Shown one piece after another: positions 37,062 to 46,311 of a stretch of 64,000 nucleotides of DNA (its first letter is position 1; every line of letters begins with the position of its first letter). Origin of the DNA: an uncultured Acidimicrobiia bacterium (GTDB taxonomy: Bacteria; Actinomycetota; Acidimicrobiia; Acidimicrobiales; Ilumatobacteraceae); NCBI GenBank assembly GCA_963784255.1, contig CAWAQO010000009.1, positions 346,545-410,544 of the forward strand. The letters are read 5' to 3'. A model generated the notes under the pieces. It did no database searches. It was not told the origin of the DNA and was given only the letters and a program-made list of their open reading frames with translations. The position numbers and the translations under genes were made by a program.

Positions 37062-39157
37062 GCTCGCCCACGACCTCGAGCAGGTCGCCGCGGGCGTAGA
37101 AGTCGACGGCGATGATGTTCGGGCGCCGGTCCCGCTCGGCCTCGCACTCCGCGACGCGATCGAACAGCACTTCCGAGCGGTTGACGTCGTCAGCGGCCAG
37201 CGGATCGCCCGCGGCCAGCCAGTGGTTGACGAGGAACAGCGGGTTGCCCTCGACGCCGCGATTCTGCTCGCACGAGAAGTCGCCGCGGCCGGCGAAGTTG
37301 TACGGCGTCTCCTCCATCGCCTCGTAGGCCGGGATGTACCAGGGCTCGGCCTCGCCCCCGTACTCGGCGAGCACCAACACGTTGCGCTTCTCGCTCGATC
37401 ATCTCGCGCAGCGTGGGGAGCGGCTCGCCGGGATCCCATTCGAGGGCATGGTGGGCGAGGCCACTGTCCCGCAGGACGTCGATGGCGTCCGCTTCGTCGA
37501 CGTGGTCCTCGAGGATCAGCACGATGACCTCGTTGGGGTTCTCGCGGAGGTAGTCGTCGATGCCCCGGAACGCCTCGACGGCCCGCGTGGCGCCGAGCTC
37601 GCAGTAGAGGTGGCACAGGTACACCTGCCGGTTGTCCGACGGTGGTCCGAGGTAGGCCGCGACGCCCTTCGTCGCCGCCGCCTCTTGGGCGTCGAGCTCC
37701 ATCACCGCGTCCACGTCGGTCTGGCTGCGGAAGTCGGTGCGCACGAATGCATCGCCGGGCACGCCGTACCACAGGTCGACCATGAAGGCGCGGACGCCGG
37801 ACGCCAGCTGCGAGGTGATGCCGCCGGTGTGACGGATCGTGTAGAAGTCCTCCGCACTCGCGGCCATCGAGTTGTGGGTGCCGGCGAGGGCGACCTGGTC
37901 GAGCCGGCGATCGCACAGGGCGTGCAACCCGTTGCACCCGGTCTCGCTGATCTCCGGCTGGTCGGTGCTCGGTGCCCGCAGCGCCCGTGCGAACGCGAGG
38001 CCGCCGAACAACATCGTGACGGTCACGACGGTGATGGCGCCCGTCACGCCGATGGCGAGGCGGCGAGCCGTCCGCTGGAGGTGGATCGGGCCCTCGTGGG
38101 CCCAGTCCACGGAGCCGAGCACGTCGAGCAGACCGATGGCGCCGGCGACGAAGCCGACGAAGGCGGCGATGCGGATCACGATCGACGTCGTCGCCTCGGG
38201 CCAGCGCATGGCGAAGAACCCCACGGCAATGGCCGCCAGGCAGGCGGCGGCCCGCCACCCGGGCTGCTGCAGCCGCCGACCGATCGTGTCGCGGAGCGTG
38301 CCGAGGCGGGACCGGATCTCGCCGGTGCCGGCGTAGGCGGCGGCGATGGCGAGCACCGTGCCGACCGTGATGAACACCTTGGCCTGGACGTTGACGAGGT
38401 GGGTCACGCTCCAGAACACCGCCCGGAGGGCGGTGCGCTCGCGGTCGGTCTCACCGAGGCTGGCGGCGACGTTCAGCCCCACCGACAGCAGGGCGAAGTG
38501 GGCCACGCCGGTGGCCACGAGGCCGAGGCCGATCACCTCCACGGCCCGCCGTCGGTCGGCCGCGCTGCGCACAGCGACGACGAACGAGCCGACAGCCAGG
38601 GCGGCGAACGGGGCGATCAGCCATCCGGCGAGCGACGAGATCCGCATCGTCGTGTCCAGCGGCGTGCTCTGCGAGATGCCGACCAGGACGCCGAGCGCAT
38701 CGTCGGGGAGCGCCTCGGCGAGCCGCGGGTTGGCCTGCTCGAGGCCCTGGCGCACGAGCGGCGTCGCGTCGTCGACGTTGACCATCAACCGGCTGCGGCG
38801 TCCCTCGACGATGGCGCGGTGGAGCTCGCGCGCGCCGGTGTGGAACACGCCCTGGAAGCGGTCGGAGGCCACGAGCTCGGCGACCACCACCTCGAGCGCG
38901 GGCCCGGCCGTCCCTGCGACGCGCGCCAGCGAGTCCTGCTTCTCGAGCTCGCCGACGATCTGCTCGGCGACCACCTCGCGCACCGCCGGCTCCTTGAGCA
39001 TGTCGGTGGTGACGTCGGCGAAGCCCTGCGAGTTGGCGAACGTCCGCCAGCTCCACAACGACACCATCGCCAGGTTGGCGAACAGGAGGCCGAGGAGGAC
39101 CGCGGTCAGCGACCGCCGGCCGAGCATGCGCCGGCGGGGACCCCCGTCCCCCCTCAT
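37045..39157 (-). pseudogene. Membrane-anchored PI-PLC X-domain-like protein, frameshifted
   Basis: ORF 37190..39157 has an N-terminal polytopic region, then ...LAGTHNSMAAS...GVRAFMVDLWYG...VYLCHLYCELG...VIVLILEDH.... The C-terminus is in ORF 37045..37380. The junction at about 37392 restores EMIE..KRNVLVLAEYGG. Confidence 0.75.
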
Positions 39158-39181
39158 GGCCGAAGCGTAGCCACCGCCAGG

Positions 39182-39968
39182 TCAGGGCTGTTCCGCCACC
39201 CACTCGTCGATGAGGCGGCGGGCGATCGAGATGCCCGGCGGGATCGCCGGCAGGGCGTCGCGCCGGTACCAGCCGGCGTCGACGATCTCCGTCGGGTCGA
39301 GCGCCAGCTCGCCGGCGACGTGGCGGGCGCGGAAGCCGATCATCAGGCTGTGCGGGAACGGCCACGGCTGGCTGCCGCGGTAGCGCACGTCGCCGACGGT
39401 GATGCCGACCTCCTCGCGCACCTCGCGCGACGACGGCGCCCTCCAGCGATTCCCCGGGCTCGACGAAGCCGGCCAGGCAGGAGTACATCGGCAGCGGGAA
39501 CTGCACGCCGCGGGCGAGCAGCGCTTCCTGGTCCGGGCCGTCGTCGCCCCGCGTGACGAGGGTGATCATCGCCGGCGCCAGGCGGGGGAAGGCGAGCAAC
39601 CGGCAGGCCGGGCAGCGCATCGCCCGCTCGCCCGGGGCCGCCTCCGTCGGCGTGCCGCAGCGGCCGCAGAAGCGGTGGGTGCGGGCCCACTCGACGAGCT
39701 GCACGGCCCGCCCGGCGGCCAGCCACTCGGGCTCGCCGGCCCGGCCGTGGTACCGGAACAGGTCCACGGCGGCGCCGTCGCTCGGATCGGCGCCGGCAGG
39801 GACGTCGACGGCGTACCAGCAGGCCTCGCCGAGCACACCGACGACGTGGACCGACCACGACGCGTCCGCCGGCGTGTCGGCCAGCCACACCGACGCCCCG
39901 ACGACGTGGACGTACACGCCGCCGCTGACGCCGTCCGGGGCCTGCGACCTTGGTTCGAACGCCGTCAC
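39182..39968 (-). pseudogene. nudC: NAD(+) diphosphatase NudC-type Nudix hydrolase, frameshifted
   Basis: GTG 39968. A Zn ribbon FCGRCG...RCPAC is present. The Nudix box is split: [13 protein letters not shown] in ORF 38451..40430 and REVREEVGI in ORF 39182..39421. The junction is at about 39428. Confidence 0.85.
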
Positions 39969-39994
39969 GGACGTGTTCGTAGCAGACGACGCCG

Positions 39995-40042
39995 TTCTTG
40001 CTCCTGGATCGGTCGTCCTGGCGACCGATCCAGGAGCAAGAA
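39995..40042. repeat. Perfect 21-6-21 palindrome in a divergent promoter/5'-UTR region
   Basis: ttcttgctcctggatcggtcg tcctgg cgaccgatccaggagcaagaa. It fills 48 of the 83 nt between the nudC start (39968, -) and the rhodanese start (40052, +). Confidence 0.95.
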
Positions 40043-40051
40043 TCGGTGGTG

Positions 40052-40432
40052 ATGTCGCGCATCGACGAACTGCTCGCCGGGGCCAGGGCGCGCCTGGAGC
40101 GCGTCGACGTTGCCGACCTCGACGCCGAGGTGGCGGCGGGCGCGCTGGTGGTCGACATCCGGCCCGAGCACAACCGGCGCACCGAGGGCGAGATGCCAGG
40201 CGCCGTCGTGATCGACCGCAACGTGCTCGAGTGGCGCCTCGACCCGACGAGCGGGCACCACCTCGCGGACGCGTCGATCGACCGGCGGGTGATCCTCGTG
40301 TGCAACGAGGGCTACGCGTCCAGCCTGGCGGCGGCGACGCTGGTCGACCTCGGCATCGCCCGGGCCACCGACCTCGTCGGCGGCTACCGGGCCTGGGTGG
40401 CGGATGGGAGGGCGGCCACCGCCGGGTCATAG
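40052..40432 (+). CDS. Rhodanese-like domain protein
   Basis: ATG 40052 in ORF 39998..40432. It has ...VVDIRPE...GAVVIDRN...VILVCNEGYASS (active-site Cys loop)...GGYRAW. Confidence 0.85.
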   Translation: MSRIDELLAGARARLERVDVADLDAEVAAGALVVDIRPEHNRRTEGEMPGAVVIDRNVLEWRLDPTSGHHLADASIDRRVILVCNEGYASSLAAATLVDLGIARATDLVGGYRAWVADGRAATAGS

Positions 40433-40441
40433 GCTCGGCCC

Positions 40442-41626
40442 ATGCCTGCTTCCCCGGTCGTCATCGTCGACGCCGTGCGCACGCCCATCGGGCGGCGTGG
40501 CGGCGGCCTGTCCAGCGTCCACCCCGCCGATCTGCTCGGCATCGTCCAGCAGGCCGCCATCGAGCGCAGTGGCATCGATCCCGGCGCCGTCGGCCAGGTC
40601 GTCGGCGGGTGCGTGAGCCAGGTCGGCGAGCAGAGCTTCAACATCGCCCGCACGGCGTGGCTGTCCGCCGGCCTGCCGATGTCGACACCGGCGACCACCG
40701 TGGACACGCAGTGCGGCTCGAGCCAGCAGGCGACGAACCTGGCCTCCTCGCTGGTCGGTGCCGGCGTCGTCGACGTCGCGCTCGCCTGTGGGGTCGAGGT
40801 GATGAGCCGCGTGCCGATCGGGAGCAACTCGTCGAAGAAGCTCGGGCTCGGGGTGCCGATCCCGAAGCCCTACTTCGAGCAGTACGAGTTCACGTCGCAG
40901 TTCGAGGGTGCCGAGCGGATCGCCGAGAAGTGGGGCATCAGCCGTGCCGACACGGACGCCTTCGGGCTGGCCTCGCAGCAGCGGGCGGCGCGGGCGTGGG
41001 CCGAGGGTCGCTTCGACGGCCAGTGGGTGCCCGTCACCGCGCCGGACGTCGACGAGGAGGGCACGCCGACGGGGTCGACGCACACCGTCGAGCGCGACGA
41101 GGGGCTCCGCGACACCTCGCTCGAGAAGCTGGCCACGCTCAAGCCGGTGGCTCGCGAGGACGGCGTGCACACGGCCGGCAACTCGTCGCAGATCTCCGAT
41201 GGCGCCGCCGCCGTGCTGATGATGACCGAGGCCCGCGCCGAGGAGCTCGGCGTCACGCCGCGCGCTCGGGTCGTCGACACCTGCCTCGTGGGCGTCGACC
41301 CGGTGCTGATGCTCACCGGCCCGATCGACGCCACCCAGCGCCTGCTCGAGCGCAACGGGCTGGGCATCGACGACATCGACCTGTTCGAGGTCAACGAGGC
41401 GTTCGCCTCGATCGTGCTGGCCTGGGCCAAGGAGGTCGGCGCCGACCTCGAGAAGACCAACCCCAACGGCGGCGCCATCGCCCTCGGCCACCCGCTCGGC
41501 GGCACCGGTGCCTTCCTGATGACGAAGGCGCTGAACGAGCTCGAGCGCCGCGGCGGCCGCTACGCCATCGTCACCATGTGCTGCGGCGGCGGCATCGGCA
41601 CCGGCACGCTCATCGAACGGCTCTGA
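40442..41626 (+). CDS. Acetyl-CoA C-acyltransferase (thiolase)
   Basis: ORF 40442..41626 has the catalytic Cys region VDTQCGSSQQA, NPNGGAIALGHPLGGTG and MCCGGGIG. Confidence 0.93.
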   Translation: MPASPVVIVDAVRTPIGRRGGGLSSVHPADLLGIVQQAAIERSGIDPGAVGQVVGGCVSQVGEQSFNIARTAWLSAGLPMSTPATTVDTQCGSSQQATNLASSLVGAGVVDVALACGVEVMSRVPIGSNSSKKLGLGVPIPKPYFEQYEFTSQFEGAERIAEKWGISRADTDAFGLASQQRAARAWAEGRFDGQWVPVTAPDVDEEGTPTGSTHTVERDEGLRDTSLEKLATLKPVAREDGVHTAGNSSQISDGAAAVLMMTEARAEELGVTPRARVVDTCLVGVDPVLMLTGPIDATQRLLERNGLGIDDIDLFEVNEAFASIVLAWAKEVGADLEKTNPNGGAIALGHPLGGTGAFLMTKALNELERRGGRYAIVTMCCGGGIGTGTLIERL

Positions 41627-41632
41627 CTCCCC

Positions 41633-41685
41633 CGTTCTGTCGTTTGGCCACGGCCCGATCCGGCCCTCCCCAAACGACAGAACCG
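41633..41685. repeat. Palindromic repeat, copy 4 (asymmetric core)
   Basis: cgttctgtcgtttggccacggcccgatccggccctccccaaacgacagaaccg. It starts 6 nt after the thiolase stop, upstream of a co-directional gene. Confidence 0.9.
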
Positions 41686-41717
41686 TCGCGGCGAGCGCAT
41701 CGCCGTAGAACCGGGGC

Positions 41718-42191
41718 ATGCGTCTCGCTCCGGCGCTCGCTCTTGTGTGCCTGGCGTGCCGCGCCGGCGATGCTTCGCCGCACCCAGCTGTCGTCGAGCG
41801 TGTGGTGGATGGGGACACGATCGACGTGGTCGTCGGCGGGCGGGAGGAGCGGGTGCGGCTGATCGGGATCGACACGCCGGAGGTGCACGTCGAGGACGGG
41901 CCGCCGGAGTGCCACGGGCCCGAGGCGTCGGCGTTCACGGCGGCGCTGCTGCCGCCCGGCACGGAGGTCCGCCTCGAGCGCGACGTCGTGGGTCGCGACG
42001 ACTACGGGCGGCTGCTGGCCTACGTGTGGCGCGCCGCCGACGACGTGTTCGCCAACGTCGAGATCGTCCGCCAGGGTTTCGCCCGCCCGCTCACGATCCG
42101 TCCCAACGACACGTTCGCCGCCACGTTCGTCGCCGCGGCGACGGCCGCCGAGTCCGACGGTCTCGGCCTGTGGGGGGCGTGCGGCGGATAG
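41718..42191 (+). CDS. Thermonuclease (SNase-like) family lipoprotein
   Basis: ORF 41718..42191 has a signal/lipobox ALALVCLAC and then VVDGDTIDVVV...RVRLIGIDTPE...DRYGRLLAYV-type motifs. Confidence 0.88.
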   Translation: MRLAPALALVCLACRAGDASPHPAVVERVVDGDTIDVVVGGREERVRLIGIDTPEVHVEDGPPECHGPEASAFTAALLPPGTEVRLERDVVGRDDYGRLLAYVWRAADDVFANVEIVRQGFARPLTIRPNDTFAATFVAAATAAESDGLGLWGACGG

Positions 42192-42201
42192 CGTCGGCGC
42201 G

Positions 42202-43053
42202 GTGGCCGATCCCGCACCGCTCACGCTCGCCGAGCGGCTCGGGCACGCCCCGGACGCTCGCCTGGTGATCATCTCGTGCGACGATCTCGGGCTCTGCCAC
42301 GGTGCCAACATCGGCGTGTACCGCGCCCTGCGCGAGGGAGCCGCCACGTGCGCCTCGCTGATGGTGCCGGCGCCGTGGGCCCGCCACGCCGCCTCGATGT
42401 ACGAGCCCGGCGACGACGTCGGCGTGCACCTCACGCTCAACGCCGAGCACCGCCACTACAGCTGGGGCCCGATCACGCAGGCCCCGTCGCTGCTGTCGGG
42501 CGACGGCGGCTTCCCCCGCTCGATCGACGACCTGTGGGAGCACGCCGATCCCGAGGAGGTGCGCCGCGAACTGCGGGCACAGATCGAGCGGGCGATGGCG
42601 TGGGGCATCGACGTGACGCACCTGGCGCCGCACCTCACGGCGATCACGCTGCGTCCGGAGTTCTTCGACATCTACCTGGACCTGGCCGTCGAGTTCGCCC
42701 TGCCCGTCCGCCTGCCGTCGACGATCAGCGCCGATCAGGCCGGCTTCCCGTTCCGCCGCCTCGCCATCGAGGAGGGCGTCGTGTTCCCCGACCACTTCGA
42801 CCACGACTGGCGGGCCGGCAGCCGCGAGCGGGTGTACGCGGCGATCCGCGACCTCCAGCCGGGGGTCACGGAGATCCACGTCCAGCCGGCGATCGACACC
42901 GCCGAGGTCCGTGAGCTCTCGCCCGCCGCGCCCGGCTGGATCGACGACCTCGAGCTGATGGTCGACGACCACACCGTGCCGCGGCTGCTCGCCGAGGTCG
43001 GCGCCGTGCTGATCGGCTACGCCGAGCTCAGGAAGGTGATGCGAGCCGGCTGA
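42202..43053 (+). CDS. ChbG/HpnK (YdjC) family deacetylase
   Basis: ORF 42202..43053 has LVIISCDDLGLCHGANIG... and ...VGVHLTLNAEH.... Confidence 0.85.
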   Translation: MADPAPLTLAERLGHAPDARLVIISCDDLGLCHGANIGVYRALREGAATCASLMVPAPWARHAASMYEPGDDVGVHLTLNAEHRHYSWGPITQAPSLLSGDGGFPRSIDDLWEHADPEEVRRELRAQIERAMAWGIDVTHLAPHLTAITLRPEFFDIYLDLAVEFALPVRLPSTISADQAGFPFRRLAIEEGVVFPDHFDHDWRAGSRERVYAAIRDLQPGVTEIHVQPAIDTAEVRELSPAAPGWIDDLELMVDDHTVPRLLAEVGAVLIGYAELRKVMRAG

Positions 43054-43264
43054 GAGCTGCCGCCGCTTCGCCGGAGCGGAGGAGGCGGAACAGCGCGCCG
43101 GTCGAGCCGGTCGACTTGAGGCGCCCCTGCATGAACGCCACCACGGGGTCGAAGCCGTCGGCCTGCACGTCGGCCAGCGGCACCGTGACCACCACGTCGG
43201 CGTCGTCGGGCCCGTCGACCCGCTCGTCCTTCTTGCCGATCACGACCCGGTACTGCACGCTCAT
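43028..43264 (-). CDS. SCP2 sterol-binding domain protein
   Basis: ORF 43028..43264 has ...DPVVAFMQGRLKSTGSTGALFRLL.... It is the usual small partner downstream of mca. Confidence 0.75.
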   Translation of the reverse strand: MSVQYRVVIGKKDERVDGPDDADVVVTVPLADVQADGFDPVVAFMQGRLKSTGSTGALFRLLRSGEAAAALSRLASPS

Positions 43265-44175
43265 TGCCTGGTCTCGACCGACTCGCGGACACCGGCGAAC
43301 AGGTCCCGCTCGGAGTCATCGGCCGGGACGTCGCCGACGAGCGAGCGGGCGAGGATGAAGTCCTCCCACGGATAGACCTTCGACATCTCGGCGTCGTCGA
43401 GACCGAACCACCAGCCGGCCTCGGGGTCGACCTGCGTGGCGTGGGCGCGCAGGGCCTCCGAACGGGCCCACTGGTAGCCGGCGACGTCGATGCGCGTGGT
43501 GATGCGGTGGTCCTGGTCGGGCCGCTCGAACCACTTGTCGTCGAACGGCGAGGTGCCGTCGCGCTCCAGCAGCGTCTCGTGGACCGCCATCATGCGGGCC
43601 CGCGACCACGCCGAGTAGTACAGCTTCGACGGCTGGAAGGGTGCGCCCGCCTCGGGGTACCAATCGGGGTCGCCCGACCGCTCGAAGGCGATCATCGAGA
43701 TGTCGTGCACCTTCAGGTGGTCGGGGTGCGGGTAGCCGGTCTGGTCGTCGCCGTACGTGATCACCACCTGCGGCTGCACGCGCCGGATGACGGCCACGAG
43801 GCGCCCGACCGATTCGTCGAGGTCGGCCTGGTGGAACGAGTCGGGGTGCTCGTTGGGCGGCGTGTCGGGCATGCCGGAGTCGCGGTAGCCGAGCATGACG
43901 ACCTCGTCGAAGCCGATGATGCGGGCCGACGCGGCCAGCTCGTCGGCGCGCAGCTCGCCGACCTTGGCCTTCTCCTGCTCGGGGGTGAGGCCGTGGAAGG
44001 GCTGGCCGGGCTGACGCAGCGCCGGGTTCTGCAGGTCGCCCTCCTCGCCGCCGGTGGCGCACACGAGCACGGTGTGCACGCCTTCGGCGTGGTAGCGGGC
44101 GACGGTCGGCGCGCCCTTCGACGCCTCGTCGTCAGGGTGGGCATGGACGGTGAGCAGCGAGAGTCGCCGAGGCAC
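43261..44175 (-). CDS. mca: Mycothiol conjugate amidase Mca (PIG-L/LmbE family)
   Basis: ORF 43261..44175 has LLTVHAHPDDEA, ...VCATGGEEGD... and ...GYPHPDH.... Confidence 0.88.
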   Translation of the reverse strand: MPRRLSLLTVHAHPDDEASKGAPTVARYHAEGVHTVLVCATGGEEGDLQNPALRQPGQPFHGLTPEQEKAKVGELRADELAASARIIGFDEVVMLGYRDSGMPDTPPNEHPDSFHQADLDESVGRLVAVIRRVQPQVVITYGDDQTGYPHPDHLKVHDISMIAFERSGDPDWYPEAGAPFQPSKLYYSAWSRARMMAVHETLLERDGTSPFDDKWFERPDQDHRITTRIDVAGYQWARSEALRAHATQVDPEAGWWFGLDDAEMSKVYPWEDFILARSLVGDVPADDSERDLFAGVRESVETRQ

Positions 44176-44232
44176 CAGGCCAACCTATCGGTGACATCCG
44201 GGCCGGGGGCGAGTCCCGTACGCTCCCCCGCC

Positions 44233-44882
44233 GTGCGTCGCCGCTCCGTGCTCGTCCTCGCCGTCACCTCGGCTGCCGCGCTGGTCGCCTGCGACACCGA
44301 CGACGGCCGACAGCTGCGTGAGCCGACGAGCGAGCAGCGCGCCGCGATGACCACCACGACGTCGTCCACCAGCATTCCCGTGATCCCCCACCCGACGCCG
44401 TCGACGCCGGCCCCCTCACCACGCTGGGCGCGCCGACCACGGTCGCCGCGGCGTTCACCCTCCAGGCGCCATGGCCGTCGGGCGGCACCATCGACGTCCG
44501 CTTCACGTGTGATGGCGAGGACGTCTCGCCGGCGCTCTCGTGGACCGCCCCGCCGGCGGGGACGGTCGAGCTGGCGCTGGTCGTCTCCGACGACGACGCC
44601 GGCGGTTTCGTCCATTGGGCCGTCGGCGGCATCCCGGTCGCGGCGGGCGCCGTCTCCGAGGGCGGCACGATCGCCGGCGTCGAGGGCCGCAACGACTTCG
44701 GGCGTCCGGGCTGGGGCGGCCCCTGCCCGCCGAGTGGCCTGCACCTGTACCGCTTCTCGCTCTACGCGCTGGGCCAGGAGGCCGAGCTCCCTGACGACTT
44801 CACGGGCGAGGACCTGACGGCCGTCGCCAACGGCGCGTCGCTCGCGGTGGCCGAGGTGACGGGGACGTACGGGTCGGGCTGA
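44233..44882 (+). pseudogene. YbhB/YbcL (PEBP) family lipoprotein, frameshifted
   Basis: GTG 44233 opens VRRRSVLVLAVTSAAALVAC (lipobox) in the frame of ORF 43264..44817. From about 44414 (a C-run) coding bias moves to an unlisted frame: ...FTLQAPWPSGGTIDVRFTCDGEDVSPALSW...VHWAVGGIP...GGPCPPSGLHLYRFSLYAL...TGTYGSG plus TGA 44880-44882. Confidence 0.8.
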
Positions 44883-44888
44883 GCCCGG

Positions 44889-46220
44889 TCAGGCGTTCAG
44901 CGTGAGGCCCTCGAGGGCATCGGCGAACTTCTCCACGGCCGCCGCCCGGCGCGTGGGGACGTGGTCGATCGAGGGGTCGCTGGCCCGGTAGCGCTTGAGC
45001 ACCTGGCGGGCGACCGTGACCTTGTGCACCTCGTCCGGCCCGTCGTAGATGCGGGCCGCCCGCGCCGCCCGGTACATCGACTCCAGCGGCAGGTCGGTGG
45101 TGTAGCCGAGGCTGCCGTGGATCTGGATGGCCCGGTCGATCACGTTGTAGAGGACCTTGGCGCCCCAGAACTTGATGACGCCGATCTCGACGCGGGCATC
45201 GCTGTAGTGCTTGCCGGCGGCGTGCAGCTCGTCCATCGTCCAGGCCGCGTGCAGCGTCAGCAGGCGGGCGGCCTGGCGCTCGGCGTAGCTCTCGGCGATC
45301 CAGTCCTGGATCATCTGCTTCTCGGCCAGCAACGAACCGTGCGTGTAGCGGGTCAGCGCCCGCTCGCACAGCAGGTCGAACGCCCGCCGTGACTGGCCCA
45401 GCCACCGCATGGCGTGGTGGATGCGGCCCGGGCCGAGACGCTGCTGGGCGAGGGCGAAGCCCTGCCCGAGGCCGGACTCGCCGCCGACGATGTTGTCGAA
45501 GGGGATGTGCACGTCCTCGTAGAGGATCTCGGCGTGGCCGCCGGGCTCCCCCGTGCGGTGGTCGGGCTCGCCCATCGTCGGCACGTCGCGGAGGATGTTC
45601 ACGCCAGGGGTGTCGGTCGGCACGACGAACATCGAGAACGACTGGTAGGCGTGGGTCTCGTCGTCGCCGGTGCGCGCCATGACGATGAGGAAGTCGGACA
45701 CGGACGCGTTCGACGAGAACCACTTGTGGCCGTTGATGACCCACTCGTCACCGTCGCGGACGGCCGTCGTGCGCAGCAGCGTGGGATCGGCACCGGCCGT
45801 CGGCTCGGTCATCGAGAAGGAGGAGCGCAGCTTGCCGTCGAGCAGCGGCTGCATCCAGCGCTGCTTCTGGTCCTCGGTGCCGCCGACGGCGAGCAGCTCG
45901 GCGTTGCCGGAGTCCGGCGCCTGGTTGCCGAAGATGCCCGGCGCGTAGACGCACTGCCCGAGGATCTCGTGCATCAGGCCGAGCTTGACCTGACCGAACC
46001 CGAGCCCGCCCATGTCCGGCGGGAGGTGGGCGGCCCACAGGCCCTGGCGCTTGACCTCCTCCTTCAGCGGGTCGGTGATCCGCTGGTAGGCCCGGCGACC
46101 CTCCGGCGAGCGCCACTCGTCGGCGAGCGTCTCCAGGGGGATGATCTCCTCGCGGACGAACCCCTCCATCCAGTCGAGCTTCTCCTGGAAGTCCGGATCG
46201 GTCTTGAAGTCCCATGCCAT
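44889..46220 (-). CDS. Acyl-CoA dehydrogenase family protein
   Basis: ORF 44889..46220 has ...SMTEPTAGADPT..., ...INGHKWFSSNA... and ...IYDGPDEVH.... Confidence 0.92.
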   Translation of the reverse strand: MAWDFKTDPDFQEKLDWMEGFVREEIIPLETLADEWRSPEGRRAYQRITDPLKEEVKRQGLWAAHLPPDMGGLGFGQVKLGLMHEILGQCVYAPGIFGNQAPDSGNAELLAVGGTEDQKQRWMQPLLDGKLRSSFSMTEPTAGADPTLLRTTAVRDGDEWVINGHKWFSSNASVSDFLIVMARTGDDETHAYQSFSMFVVPTDTPGVNILRDVPTMGEPDHRTGEPGGHAEILYEDVHIPFDNIVGGESGLGQGFALAQQRLGPGRIHHAMRWLGQSRRAFDLLCERALTRYTHGSLLAEKQMIQDWIAESYAERQAARLLTLHAAWTMDELHAAGKHYSDARVEIGVIKFWGAKVLYNVIDRAIQIHGSLGYTTDLPLESMYRAARAARIYDGPDEVHKVTVARQVLKRYRASDPSIDHVPTRRAAAVEKFADALEGLTLNA

Positions 46221-46311
46221 GGGGCCGACACTACGACGGGTCGCTCATCGTTCTCGACGCGGCCGGGTACTCACCCGGCTCTCACGACGCACCCCTAACC
46301 TGGACAGGACC

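Noticed and set aside
768-41685. Whether the four palindromic repeats could be a CRISPR array or remnants of one.
   Set aside because: The copies are 6-19 kb apart, each isolated at a gene end. They are themselves full palindromes, there is no repeat-spacer periodicity, and there are no cas genes. The Cas4-like fold at 30268 is a stand-alone RecB-family nuclease.
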